Below are positions 1-11,644 of a DNA stretch of 64,000 nt, piece by piece. The DNA lies in NCBI GenBank assembly GCA_964187785.1, contig OZ076409.1:50408001-50472000 (forward strand), in the 5' to 3' direction. The notes under the pieces were generated by a model that was not told where the DNA came from, searched no databases, and saw only the letters and a program-made list of their open reading frames with translations. The position numbers and the translations under genes are program-made. The stretch is from Amphiscolops sp. MND2022 (Eukaryota). The first letter of the stretch is position 1. Every line of letters begins with the position of its first letter.

Positions 1-326
1 CTTGTGACGACAAACCCATCCTCCCAACGTTGCCGGTGGTTCCTCAAGCAATGTTTTTAATGGTTTTACGGGTTGGCAATGAAGCTTATCTTTAAGAACT
101 GTCAGCAACAAATGCTTTTGAGGAAGTTGAATTTACTGGGATACTGATTTGCATGGGTAGGAATTTCGCTGATTGCTTTCTCAGCAAACTTTTTTCGTGA
201 CACTCTTACCCCCAATGATTTTTTAAAAATTGATTAGCTGTACATAAATGAGAATAAATTTCCGAAAAAAAATCAGAAGCAGCTTGTTGAAGATTGCTCA
301 TGTTCTTCTTGCTGTTATAGGTTATC

Positions 327-2141
327 ATGGCGAACTCTGAGAATTCACCGCTTTCATCGGCTTCATCCAGTTTGAGTTCTTTGCAAACGGACGATGGTGA
401 CTCTGGTAACGCAAGTCCTAATGACTCTGATATTTTTGACTTTGACGCCATCAACACTGACGATCTTTTGCAAGTCGAAGAAAATTCTTTCTCTATCAAT
501 TCTCCGGGTTGCCTTTTCGAAAATGACCCTTGTTTAGCATATTCCCCATTTGTAATCAATACTCCAGGGCTCAATGAACATTATAGTTCTCCAGATGATG
601 GATATCATTCTTTTTCATCTTCAACCGAATGCAATACATCCCCGGTGTCAGTGGAAAGTTTTGGTAGCTCTTGCCCTTTGCTATCTCAGCAATCCGACAA
701 CAGTGATACTTCCGTTAGAAATGTGTCATTAGTTGTTACTGGGTCTCTATTGACCGCTGTCCCTGTCACGGCTTTTACTTCAACTTTTCGTAAACCTACT
801 ATAGCACCTAGCAATCAGGGTAGTGAAAAAACCACAAGATGCCAATCCAACGAAAAAATATATACTGCTCAAGAAATTAAAAAGATGCGCAATCGGGAAT
901 CAGCGAGAGCTTCGAAAGAAAAGCAGAAGAGTTTCATAGCTGAACTGCAGAAGCTAATCAATGTCAAAGACAGTGAAGTCAAATCCTTGCTGAAACAATG
1001 TCAAGAGAAAGATTCTTTGATAGAAATCCTCCAAGAACAAAATAGAAATTTAATGGTTTCTCTGGCGCAGCATCAAGTGAAACTCAAAGAATTAGAAGCA
1101 CGAGTTTCAATTTCCAATTCTTTGGCCGAAACCCCAAAACAGCCATATCTTATAAAACGAGATATCTCAGTTTGTCCTAACACTGTAGTTCCAATTTCGA
1201 AATCCAAATTGCCAATGTTCATTGCATCTCCTAATAAACGAGCGTGCCTAGCTGTCCTTTTTTGCTTTTTTATCTTCAATTTTGGTATTAATATTCACCA
1301 AGAGCCATCAAGTATACCTGGTAAAAGTGTAATAAACCGAAGACTGTTGCAGGTCAATGATATGTCACAAGATACGAGGTTTGAACAGGATCGTTCAATT
1401 TACGGTGAATGGGATCCTTTAGGTTTCTTGAAGGCAAATAAGCGTAGAGCTAGAAATCTGAATGATCAAGAAAGTGTTGGATATGACCAACTCACAATAC
1501 CTGTCGCGGGAGACAATTCGACATTACCAAGTGAAGAATGCAGAAATCATTATACCAACGTTAGCAACTCGAATCGAATTGTTAAAGAGCTAACGCAGGT
1601 CATTGAGCACCACCAAAAACTAACTACAAAAAGTAAAGCTAAATCAACACGGTATAGTCATAAAAACCCATCGCTAGAGCTCCAAGAGCTCTTTAAGAAG
1701 ACTTCTAACCCCGTTCTGATGAAAGCCATGTACGATATGCTAAACTCGTGGGAACGAAAAGATGACACTGTCTATATGTTCGCCTTTGGTTCAAATGAAT
1801 GGTTCCTTCCAAAATCAAAACAAGCTTCAAATTCTTCACATGACACGAAGTTACTCAGGCCAAAAATGTCTTTAGTTATGCCTGCTTTGAACAATTCTGA
1901 ACTGAATCTGGACACATCGGATATAAACGAAGCTTTCAAAAACGGAAATGAACTGTCGTCTCTTCTCGGGCTTTATCTGATGCAGATAGACTGCTTAGTT
2001 GTCGATACTCATCTTCTAACATATAATACCAGCAGTCCTGACCACAAAGTTGATCAAAATAAAGGCGTGAATTCTCTGAATAATGGTTTCATTCCAACCG
2101 GGCATCAAACTTTTGGTCCTAGAAGGAAACAAAAGACATGA
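327..2141 (+). CDS. ATF6: ATF6-family ER-membrane bZIP transcription factor (604 aa, intronless CDS)
   Basis: Acidic/Ser-rich N-terminus, bZIP basic region KKMRNRESARAS plus leucine zipper, hydrophobic segment ACLAVLFCFFIFNFGI, S1P-type RRLL site (1338-1349), and ATF6 luminal motifs RPKMSLVMPA and MQIDC. Confidence 0.92.
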   Translation: MANSENSPLSSASSSLSSLQTDDGDSGNASPNDSDIFDFDAINTDDLLQVEENSFSINSPGCLFENDPCLAYSPFVINTPGLNEHYSSPDDGYHSFSSSTECNTSPVSVESFGSSCPLLSQQSDNSDTSVRNVSLVVTGSLLTAVPVTAFTSTFRKPTIAPSNQGSEKTTRCQSNEKIYTAQEIKKMRNRESARASKEKQKSFIAELQKLINVKDSEVKSLLKQCQEKDSLIEILQEQNRNLMVSLAQHQVKLKELEARVSISNSLAETPKQPYLIKRDISVCPNTVVPISKSKLPMFIASPNKRACLAVLFCFFIFNFGINIHQEPSSIPGKSVINRRLLQVNDMSQDTRFEQDRSIYGEWDPLGFLKANKRRARNLNDQESVGYDQLTIPVAGDNSTLPSEECRNHYTNVSNSNRIVKELTQVIEHHQKLTTKSKAKSTRYSHKNPSLELQELFKKTSNPVLMKAMYDMLNSWERKDDTVYMFAFGSNEWFLPKSKQASNSSHDTKLLRPKMSLVMPALNNSELNLDTSDINEAFKNGNELSSLLGLYLMQIDCLVVDTHLLTYNTSSPDHKVDQNKGVNSLNNGFIPTGHQTFGPRRKQKT

Positions 2142-2917
2142 AAATGTTAAATTTTGCAGAAAATAGCAGTTGTATTTATCGCGTGTATAAATGATTTGGT
2201 AATTATATTTTCAATTGTAATTTTCTTCATTTTTGTTCTACTATAAACTAACTTTGAATTGCGTGGTTCTTGCATTTGTTTACGAAATTTAAATACAGAT
2301 GAATGCTGGTATAAAAATGTTTTTGGTAAGTTATAAAGCAGGTCGATAACATGCGACATTTTTTTCTTCCGTAAGTATTTAAACGCTGGTTCATTTGCAT
2401 TAACTTCTTTTCCCAGAAAATATCCCATTTTCACTAGCCATTTATTTAAAAAATTTTTCGCTTCTTTCAACGCCCTTTTCGTTTATAAAAACAAAGAAAT
2501 GGCTATATTTTTATCGATATCTGCTGGAATGTTTATTCAACTTCGAAACTGAATAAGTTGTTTCGATGTCAGTTTTCAATGGACGGGATATTCAAGTTCT
2601 CACAATAGCTATTTATTTTCGAAAACGCAGATATTGTTTGTCATTGTCAAGTATCGACGTCATTATAGACTATTTTTTGAGTGGATATTGCCCTATTGGG
2701 GAAATTGGATTCATACATTGGTCAGTTAAATGGTTTTCTTCAAATCATAGTACTTTGATTTCTCGAACCTTTGCTTTTAATTTTTCGCGTTGTTGAAATG
2801 AGTTTCATTTTCTCGTCAGTAGGAAAGTTGAAGAATCTATTTTTGCTAGAAATGAGTTTTCGTGAAAAAATCCATTCGGTTTCATTTCTCTTCAAGTTGC
2901 ATCTCGTTTCAGATCGA

Positions 2918-3758
2918 ATGTCCAGTACAGTATCAGCTACTACTTCCGCTGCTTCAGTGCAAAAAAGGGCGGGAGTTCCGTCGCAGTTGGCTAACCTTCA
3001 GACCCAGTTGAAAGAAAGCACTCAAGCATGTGTTGAAAATTTCACGGAATTAGTCAAGCTGTCTGACGTGAACAACCAAAAAAGTTTTCTCAGTAGCTTA
3101 GCTGTTGTCCAACAGGAGCATCTTGAAATACAGGTAGGAATTGAAGCGTCGACGGAAAAGATGTTTTTGGTTTCAACATTCCAGGTCAACGTTGAAAATG
3201 CAATAACGTTCTTGCATGTCGTTATAGAATAATATCAATCTTTTGTGGACCTTTTTATTTCACTGAAAGTAATTCTCTTCGAAAGGACCGTGAGTTGTGG
3301 AACCAAACTTTTTGTAAAAATTCGGATGTATGATCTTCATTCTTGTGGTTTGGGCCATTTAGCAAATTCCAAAATGGCTTGTCCCCATAAATTTGCTCTG
3401 AGTTGAAGATTGATGGAAATTGATAAAACGTACTTCTGGAAATTTATGTGTTTATGTATCTGCGGAAATATCACAGCCTCGAAGAGGTCGATTGCTGAGA
3501 AAAGTCAATTCTATGATAAAGTGTGTTGGCTCATTTTAGGCTCGTACTTTGGCAATTGTGAGAGCGTGTGAACAAATGAGTGAGATCACGGCCCAGCTCA
3601 AGACTATTCTAGTTGTGAATGACTTTTCCCAGATCAATAGATCGCTGGAAGTCATCTCGAAGGAGTATGAGAACCAGATGAAATTGTTTCGCGCTCAGCA
3701 TTACTCTTCAGATGAAGTCACCATTAAAGTGATCAGTGAGTCATCTGTCATTTCATAG
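2918..3758 (+). CDS. MED22: Mediator subunit 22; exons 2918-3133 and 3540-3758
   Basis: CAG|GTAGG donor and TTTTAG| acceptor join in frame to give ENFTELVKL...QEHLEIQ/ARTLAIVRACEQM...LKTILVVNDFSQIN, matching the MED22 pattern (DNFTEIIK...VRAANIVRAGESL...LILNDFPSVN). A GTGAGT at 3736 could be a further donor, so the 3' end is uncertain. Confidence 0.85.
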
Positions 3759-4194
3759 AAAAGATTTGTGGATGGCATTTTTTGCGCCCTACAAAATATC
3801 CTGATGTAATTTTTACAAGGTTCAATGTTCATCTTGTTTTCTCATTCAAAAAATTTCCGCGGTTCATCCGAAGTCCAAACGCCTTAGAAATTAGTTTGAA
3901 TGGACGTCATCAGTAATTGTAGGAAATCATGGGCATTTTTAGTCGATTTTATGGCGCTTTTTACTGGGGAAAAGTGCGATTTAAAGTTGAAATTCTGTGC
4001 AACTGTTTCACGGGCAAAAAGCACTCTCCTACGTTAATTTGAAGTAACAATAGTTTCATCGCAATCTAAGTTAACATTTTTCAACCAAACAATTTTTGAA
4101 AGAGTTTATTCACGATGATTATTTCCCAAAAAGTAAAGATTTCTGGTAAATATCAATAAGAACTTGCGAGAATGAAATTCTCATGAGTATTTTT

Positions 4195-4525
4195 AATATT
4201 TCTGCTTTAGCAGGAATATTATTGTAACCTCAAACTTTCTACTTTTTTTCAGTACAATTTTTCGGATGATACTGAATAATTCAGATATTTTGTTCGGCAG
4301 TGACTGTAAGCGTGGGAAATAAATTTCTCAAGCTGCCGACAATTCAATTCTAGTGCGATGGAACGAGCGAGTGGTAATTATTCGTTCGTATGCTGACGTC
4401 ATTGAGATGAAGCGAGCGAATGTTCGTAATTGTGCTTTCGTTGCCCCGAGTTATTGAGATGAAGCGAATGAGTGTTAATTATTCGTTCGTTGAGAGCTTC
4501 GCCTGCATTCAAATGCGAATGCGAA
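4195..4525. repeat. Dispersed repeat; related copy at about 38545-38830
   Basis: Shared strings such as TAGCAGGAATATTAT, TTTCTCAAGCTGCCGACAA and GAGAGCTTCGCCTGCA. Confidence 0.6.
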
Positions 4526-4922
4526 ACTTCGTCTACGCGTAGTAGTTATATTTTCTTTCGTCCGAGAAGAATTAAAGGCGGTGTAAACTTGTACAGTGAT
4601 TACATGTAATTGTGCGCTAAATAATGATAAAACAAGAGTGTATTGGTATTCCAGATATGATTCTTTTATTAATGAATTTTTTTGTTTCAAAAAAAATAAA
4701 GATTAAAGCAGAAATAGTACTGAGCCCCGGAGGGGCCTATTTTTAGTCGGCGCTTCATGAAGTGAAACGCGACTATTATAGTGACTCTTTTTTTTTCTAT
4801 CCACACGACCTGACCAAAATAGTTCTACAAAAGTTCTACAAAATATTATTGCACCAAAATGCACTATTTGGTCTAGCGAACTGAACCAAAATGGTTTTAC
4901 CAGTTTTTCCGCGTAACATACC

Positions 4923-5280
4923 AAACCGGGCGAGACCAAAGAGTCCCCCCTTTCAATTTTTTTCGGCACTGCGAGACATTTTTTTTCGGAATTTTGTTTT
5001 CGAAATTTTTTTCCCCAAAGGGTCCCCCCTGCATTTTTTCATGTTTTGCGACAGAATGGATGTTGAAAAACCTCAAAGGGTCCCCCTTTCAGTTTTTCGG
5101 CATTGTGAGACTTTAGCGCGCCACTCGGTCCATTTTTTTAGTATGTAATTTTTTCAAAAAAAAATTTTTCGAAAAATTTTAGATTTTCGAGTACTGTAAA
5201 AGAATACTTGACACTTGGAAGTCTTTTTGCTATTTTTGAGCCTTGGATATGGCGCCGACTTGGGCCGGTCCCGGCTTGTT
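4923..5280. mobile_element. Short non-autonomous element, possibly Helentron/DINE-like; relatives at about 12990-13250, 27107-27290 and 38310-38470
   Basis: Imperfect inverted ends AAACCGGGCGAGACCAAAG ... CTTGGGCCGGTCCCGGCTTGTT with internal AAAGGGTCCCCC repeats; the superfamily is inferred. Confidence 0.45.
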
Positions 5281-5399
5281 TGAACTAAAAATGCAAAATG
5301 CTTCAATCATTTTTTATTGTCAATTACACGCATGTGTCACAATTTTACAGGCTGTGAATTTGTTTACTAGAGTTGTGGATACAAGTTGTTAGTTGTTAG

Positions 5400-6703
5400 C
5401 AGACACCACGGTTTTATGCTGCTAGCGGCCACAGATTATGCTGCCACAAAATTCGAATTATGCTATTTCATGCTTTGCTTGAAAAAGGTTTTTTGTTTCA
5501 ATTTCGAGTTGAATTATTTTCGACAGTACACCGAGAAGTTAAAAAAGTGACAAAAAATAGAACATTTTTTCAAAGCTTAATTTCTCCACGAATAATAGTC
5601 AGAGGTCGAATCGGTTGTCTGCTCAAAGCCCTTTACCTAAGCTTTCATATGCAGACTAGTTAGGCTGGTAGTTGGCGTAACCTTTCAAATGCCGGTCGAA
5701 CTTTTCGCTGAAGCTTCATTGAAAAAACTTCTATATGCGGTTTCAATGGTGACAAACTGTGTTACTGGAGTGTGATAGTAACTTAGCAAACAGTTAATTG
5801 TGTTATTAATTGTGTTAATAGTGTTATTGAAAAAAGTTGTAAGTGTTTTTTTGCAAATTACTGTTAACGTTTAAATTACTATTAATTACGTTTTCCTATA
5901 TGCTTTTTGCGTTTCGTATTTTATTGATTGTGAAAAAAATTGCTGTCCTCATTTGAGGATGAAATCACTGTCGAGGTTATGTCAAAATTCAATGAAGTGT
6001 TTATTGCAATAACAATGAATAGCGTTTTTCAAAGAATCGTCTGACGGCTGCGATCTCCGCGGACATTCGGAAATGTTTAACAGCGAAAAACTTCGCTCCA
6101 CGTCCACACCCGCGGGTTGAATCCAAATAGCCCCTCGCGCCAATTTTGCCAAAATAGGAAACTCCTCTTTTTTGGACTCCCAGTACTTCTCAATTTCAAA
6201 AGCTTCGAAAATAAAAGGGCACAAACGAGACCAAAGCACATTTTAACGAAGTCCTCCACAATTTTGGAACGTTCCAAGGAATCCACTGTTGTCTAATATA
6301 ATAATATATGCCTCTGAATTCCACCAAAAATTCAATGTAAAGAGATTTGTCCCCGGAATCCAGAAAAAATCGCAAGCGGAATCCGCTGCACATGTTATAA
6401 AGTGTGTCTTTGAAATCCGTCATTTTAAACAGCGGATTCCAGGTCTGGTAGGTGCTACCTGCGGTTAGCAGTCAATTCCGCAGTTTTCAAAAAGTGTAGG
6501 GATATGCGTCGTAATGTAGCACTAAAAGTCGATTGAATCGTTACTTGTCGTTCATTATGCCGTCAATATGCCTTATTATTCTGCAAAACTCGTACTCGCT
6601 GGATTATGCTCACTTTATGCCGTCATTATGCCCTGATTGGTCAACGAGGCTGTTCATGATAATCATGCTCGATTCTGCTGCCAGCATAAAACCGCGGTGT
6701 CTG
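5400..6703 (-). mobile_element. hAT transposon, internally deleted
   Basis: TIRs CAGACACCACGGTTTTATGCTG / CAGCATAAAACCGCGGTGTCTG and a perfect 8-bp TSD GTTGTTAG (5392-5399, 6704-6711). Confidence 0.9.
5982..6239 (-). pseudogene. hAT transposase C-terminal dimerisation domain remnant
   Basis: YWESKKEEFPILAKLAR...QPAGVDVERSFSLL...RRSQ motif lying inside the hAT TIRs. Confidence 0.85.
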
Positions 6704-7879
6704 GTTGTTAGGAATCAAGTTGTTATAAAATAAGTTCTAGTGTTTTCGATTTGATTCTACGCCTGTACAGTACTGTGACGAAAACGTCCCCCTATGTGCT
6801 TAGCGCCGTTATTGACCAATTGAAATCCATTTGCTCCCAGTTTTAAATTTTATTACCGCTTTAATTGAAAACCTAAGGGCAGAAAGAACCCATCAGGTAG
6901 TTTCCCAGTTTTGAGCTGTGTGATTTTTGAAGTTTTGGTTCAAAATTTTGAAATATATAAATTCTGCTGATTGTCTTAGGAGCTAATTCTAACTTTCCGA
7001 ATTCTTGTCAAAGGATATTCAAAAACAATGTGAAATATTTGAAAATGTGAAATTTTTTCTGACGTCTTTCTAAATTTTCAACTTTGGGCTGTTCAAGTCT
7101 AAATTATACCTGGGGACAATTTCTTAATCACTGTCTTTTTAAAGTTCAGCGGAAATATGTTGCTGTCTTTACTGTCATTACATTTTTGATTGATCGATTG
7201 TGCACTGCTCAATATTTGAGTTATCATCACGAAGGGCGAAATACTCGTTTGCAAATGAGCGGCTAGAATAATAGTTCGCTGATCTCGTTTTGATCAAGAA
7301 TTTGCTAACAAGAAGCCTTCTTATATATTCAACTGTTTTAGATGACCTAGAACTGGGAAGAGTGTCTTCAGCTAATTGATCATTGTTCGCTGGCGCCGAT
7401 GCGAGCCTAATTGATTCTATTATCTTGGAAGGCAGTAATTCCGATTTGGGGTACATCCGGAATGCTACGGCATTACGGCTGCTACTGGGTTGAAGGCCGT
7501 ACCATGCAGCAAGGCGACGTCACCATTGGTGGAAATGAACAGATACATTTTTGATTTTACCAGTCGTTGCTTTTTTTGGTTGAATAATGAACTGCTTGTT
7601 TTTTAAAAATTCTATCATACAAAATTGATTCTTTAGGAAAAATATCTGACAACTAAAGTTTTGTAGTCCGACACTTCAGCAATTCTGTTAGTTTGAGTCT
7701 GGAACTTATTGGAAATAATATCAATATTTGGACCAGCTTTGATTGTAATTAAGTCTAAATGCGTCTTTTCTCAAATTACTTTCAAATGTAATATTTCCCT
7801 TTCTTTTCAGATTAGTTTTGATAGTTGTTTTTCTTGATCAGTGTGGACTGTTTCATTTGATAGCTGATCCGCTTCAATC

Positions 7880-10800
7880 ATGTTGCTTCTGGATACAGGC
7901 AGTAATATCATGCGGGATCTCCTCGAGCGCAGATTCTATAGCATGGAGAAGGGATCCAAGCCTGAACTGGTCATGGCCTCTTTTTGTGACTATGATGGCA
8001 TTAAATACAATATTTCCAACCCAGGTACCTTTACACCTGTTATCATCTACCATTTTTGCAAAGTCATAAAATCTCTGTTAGTCTTCATTCCGAACTCGAT
8101 TTTTGTCTGTGATAAATGTGGACTCTTTAAAATGAGGGTTAATCTCACGAGGAGACCAGAAAAGGTGGTCGGATTATTCAAGTTGGTTTTGAAAGAATCC
8201 ATCAATTCTTTTCGTTGCTTCCAGAACATTATCAAATACAATATTGTGATTTTTTACAATAATTGTTTTACAATAAGAATGTGTACACAACCAAACACAC
8301 AATCACGCCACGACAATTGACCGTGACATTGATGGTTATGTGGTGTCAGGTCAAAATCTCCCTAAGGTAAAATCTCATAAGTTAAAATCTAGACCTATAT
8401 CTCCTAAGCTAAAATCTCCTAGACCTACTAAATCTCCTAGGTCATAATCTCCTGAATTGAATTTCGTAGTGTAAAAGTAACTTTGATTAAGCATTAATAG
8501 CTGAGACAGTCATTGAAAAATTATTACATAATTGACTAATGATGAGTGAACGTAATTGAAACGACCACCACGCCTTTCTCATTTACGCGATTAAAGTAAC
8601 GTGACGGAAACGTAATTGACAATTTAAATTGAAAGTGATTGAGACATGTTATTATTCCGAGACAAATATTATTGCTAACGCTAAATCAATGTTTCAATAC
8701 GCGTTCGGTTTTATTGGGACTCCTCTTATTCTCACGCTCTACAACTAACGAGGTTAGCCTTTGTCCTTAATCGAACAGCTTTCCGCTTCAATTAAGTTGG
8801 CGAGTTGTTTTTCGATAAGTTTCTTTTATTCTAATTTTAGATTTTGACCTAGGAGATTTTAACCTAGATTTTAACTTAGAAGATTTTGACATGTAACCGG
8901 TTATGTAGTGACATTGTAGTCTCTTCTTTAAGTAATCGCTATGCTATGCACACACGTGGCCGCGAACAAACAATAACAGCCAATGCATCTCGAATGCCAA
9001 TTATCACTAATCATAAACGAACGGTTTTGGGATGTTAATTTGATCAACAAATTGATTTGATAGAGTTTTCAAACAATCTTTTTCATAGACACAATAATTG
9101 CAATTATTGTTTTAACAAAATTCAGAAGGGCAATATATTGTTTTATATCTCACAATAGTATTGCAATACAATATTTAACACCCCTGATGGAAATTGTCAT
9201 CCTAATCCTTAAGTGGTCCGACAATATTCACTTGAAGCAACGAGCATCAAAGCGGAGTGGTTTTAAGAAGTATAACAATCGGATGAATTCTGCGGAAATC
9301 TTCATATAGATGTTTTATTGTCACTTTGACGAGATTGAAAAAGCCTACGAGAAGAACCACTATAATTTTATTTCTTTAAGCTCCTGCTAAATTTTTTTAA
9401 AAGGAAAACCAAAACATGATGCGTTAGCACATGCTGAGTTTAATATCTGCATAACAATAAATTGTCATTAATTTCGAATCTTTGCGAAAATGATTATCTT
9501 TTTTTTTTGTTTTTCTTGACTCAAAATAAAGAACTTTGCGAATAGATGAAATAGACACATAAAACAAACCAATGAAAACCAACGCAGTTGTAATCTCAAC
9601 TCTGATACGCAGTTGCTCGTTTCATCTATTCTCTCAAAGCTATGTTCAGATGTGTTCAAAGCGCCTCTTTTGATTGTTCTCAGGCAACCCTGTTGACAAG
9701 AACAAAGTGCTAATTGGCATCGATTTGTCTGGCTTCAAAGTGCTCTTGGAACGATCCGATTTGAAAGTGATGGACCATCTAGCTACCTATTCGTATGCAC
9801 CTTTTATCCAGGTAATAACCATAATCAAGACAAAAGAACTAATCAGTATGTGGAACAAAAATGGAAAGCGATTTCAAGTTCTTCCCCGTTTTTTTTGGCG
9901 AGAGATACGACTTTTTTGAAGCCAGTTTATATTTTCTGCTGAAACGAAGTGCTTGTTCCACCTGTCGAATATAAAATATTCATACCAGTTGATGATGCTG
10001 AAAATGTTGAGTACATAGTTTTGAAGCTCATTAATCACGTACTTTTTTGAATCAGAACATCTGAGGCTGCTGAGTTCATTCAAATTTATTTCCCGAAAGC
10101 TGAAAATCCAGGTTTTCATGCTTTGCTTTGCAATCATTAAGCATGAGCTGATGATATTTTTAGCGTCTTTGCCAAATTGGTTGCACTATTTGGTTCAAAT
10201 GGATTTGAAGTTAACTCAAACCTTATTGACAATATTTATTTGGATATCCTGTTTGTTTGCTTAGAGCTTGTTTGATCTTCGGAATTTAAATAAATTTATT
10301 TCACTTTCTATGTTCGTGTCCCATCTCAGCAATAATTCTCAAGCATGCATTACATGTTCTGCAATGTCTTTTTGTTGCTAATAACTATTAATTTGAGAAC
10401 ATTGCCCAAAATTAACCGAGACCGTGGAGAATTGTTTCATTTTAACTTCTGAATTCACATTCTATTCAAACATTGAATTAGTTTACTTGCGAAAATGTTT
10501 TGGGAATTTTTGAACTATTAATTATTAGTGCCTCATTAGCCTGGCTGAGAATGTAGTTCATTTGTAGCTCAATCCTAAAAGTTCTTGTAACCTAAAAGTT
10601 CTCTTGTATGATGAAATAAATATGTTGTAGAAAGAAGCACCAACAGGCGAAACGAAGAGTGATTTGAATTTGCTGCTTGACTTCGAGAGTGATGATGTGA
10701 AGAATGCAACCGCCTCGAAATTGATCAACGATATAGCTGAGATCAAGTACCATGTATTTGCAGGATACCTTTTGCCATGTTTCAAGGAGGTGTTTGAGGA

Positions 10801-11644
10801 GAAGCCTCAGCCGCCCAGTCCTCAACTTATCCAGATCAGATCAGATGAAGCTATCTACGTCAGACCCCTGAGTGAGTGAATTGCTAAATCTCTCCATGTT
10901 CACGTCTTATGCTTGTGCACTGTCTTTTTGGATCTGTTATGATATCAGAAAATATAAAGTTTAGGGTGCATGATTGTTCGTAATTCTTGAAGTACCGCAA
11001 TTTCGGTTTTTTACAAGCTCCCGGTCAAGTCAAAAGTGTATTGTCGGTTTCTGCTGTTCCTTTTTCATTGACAAGCGTTACTGAAATAATATTTTCTGTA
11101 GTTAAGATCGCTTTACTCGGGGTAACAAGATAATTTGCAATTTTTGTGAGGCCTCGTAATTTTATTTAACCAAACAAGCAAACGAATAATTTTCGATTTT
11201 GATCCTTTTCCAGGTGACCAAGTGGAATTAACATACCGCACGAAATTCGACGATGACGATGATTATGAGATTGGCAAAGTGTTCATCCAAGAATTCTCGG
11301 AGACACGCGTGCCAGGTCCCGGCATTAGAGCCTTCATAGGCAAGGCACCCATCGAGGTGGCAGATGTGTTTTCTAACTATGACAACAGCAGATCTGCCTA
11401 CGTAGTCCTATCACTTCGACAACAAGTGATTTCGGGTCATAGCAAACAAATGAATGCTATCATATTGTGTCTCAGTTTCAGGAATTATCTTCATTACCAT
11501 CTCAAGTGTTCCAAAGCTTACGTTCACTCCAGGATGAGGTCGCAGACTTCCCACTTCATCAAAGTTCTCAACCGGGCATTGCCTACTGAGGAAAAGGCGG
11601 AGAAGAAAACAATGGGTGGAAGGTCTTTTGTGCCTCCATCTTAA
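7880..11644 (+). CDS. ARPC2: Arp2/3 complex subunit 2 (p34-Arc); exons 7880-8024, 9684-9811, 10631-10871, 11214-11644
   Basis: GT-AG exons splice in frame; ARPC2 motifs MLLLD...KPE...DYDGIKYNISNP, FDDDDDYEIGKVFIQEF and FRNYLHYHLKCSKAYVHSRMR...KVLNRA. Confidence 0.93.
8342..8898. mobile_element. MITE in ARPC2 intron 1
   Basis: Imperfect TIRs GGTGTCAGGTCAAAATCT / AGATTTTGACATGTAACC, subterminal AAATCTCCTAG repeats mirrored at the right end, and an 8-bp TSD GGTTATGT (8334-8341, 8899-8906). Confidence 0.8.

Noticed and set aside
1..326. ERSE autoregulatory element upstream of ATF6
   Set aside because: A CCAAT is present near 211 but there is no CCACG at the required spacing
206..574. Antisense ORF over ATF6, and similar shadow ORFs over BEL pol and the LINEs
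   Set aside because: Opposite-strand or alternate-frame by-products of real coding sequence with no recognisable motifs
2771..2917. N-terminal extension of MED22 in the ORF track
   Set aside because: F/S/L-rich intron-like sequence ending in an acceptor; similarity starts after ATG 2918
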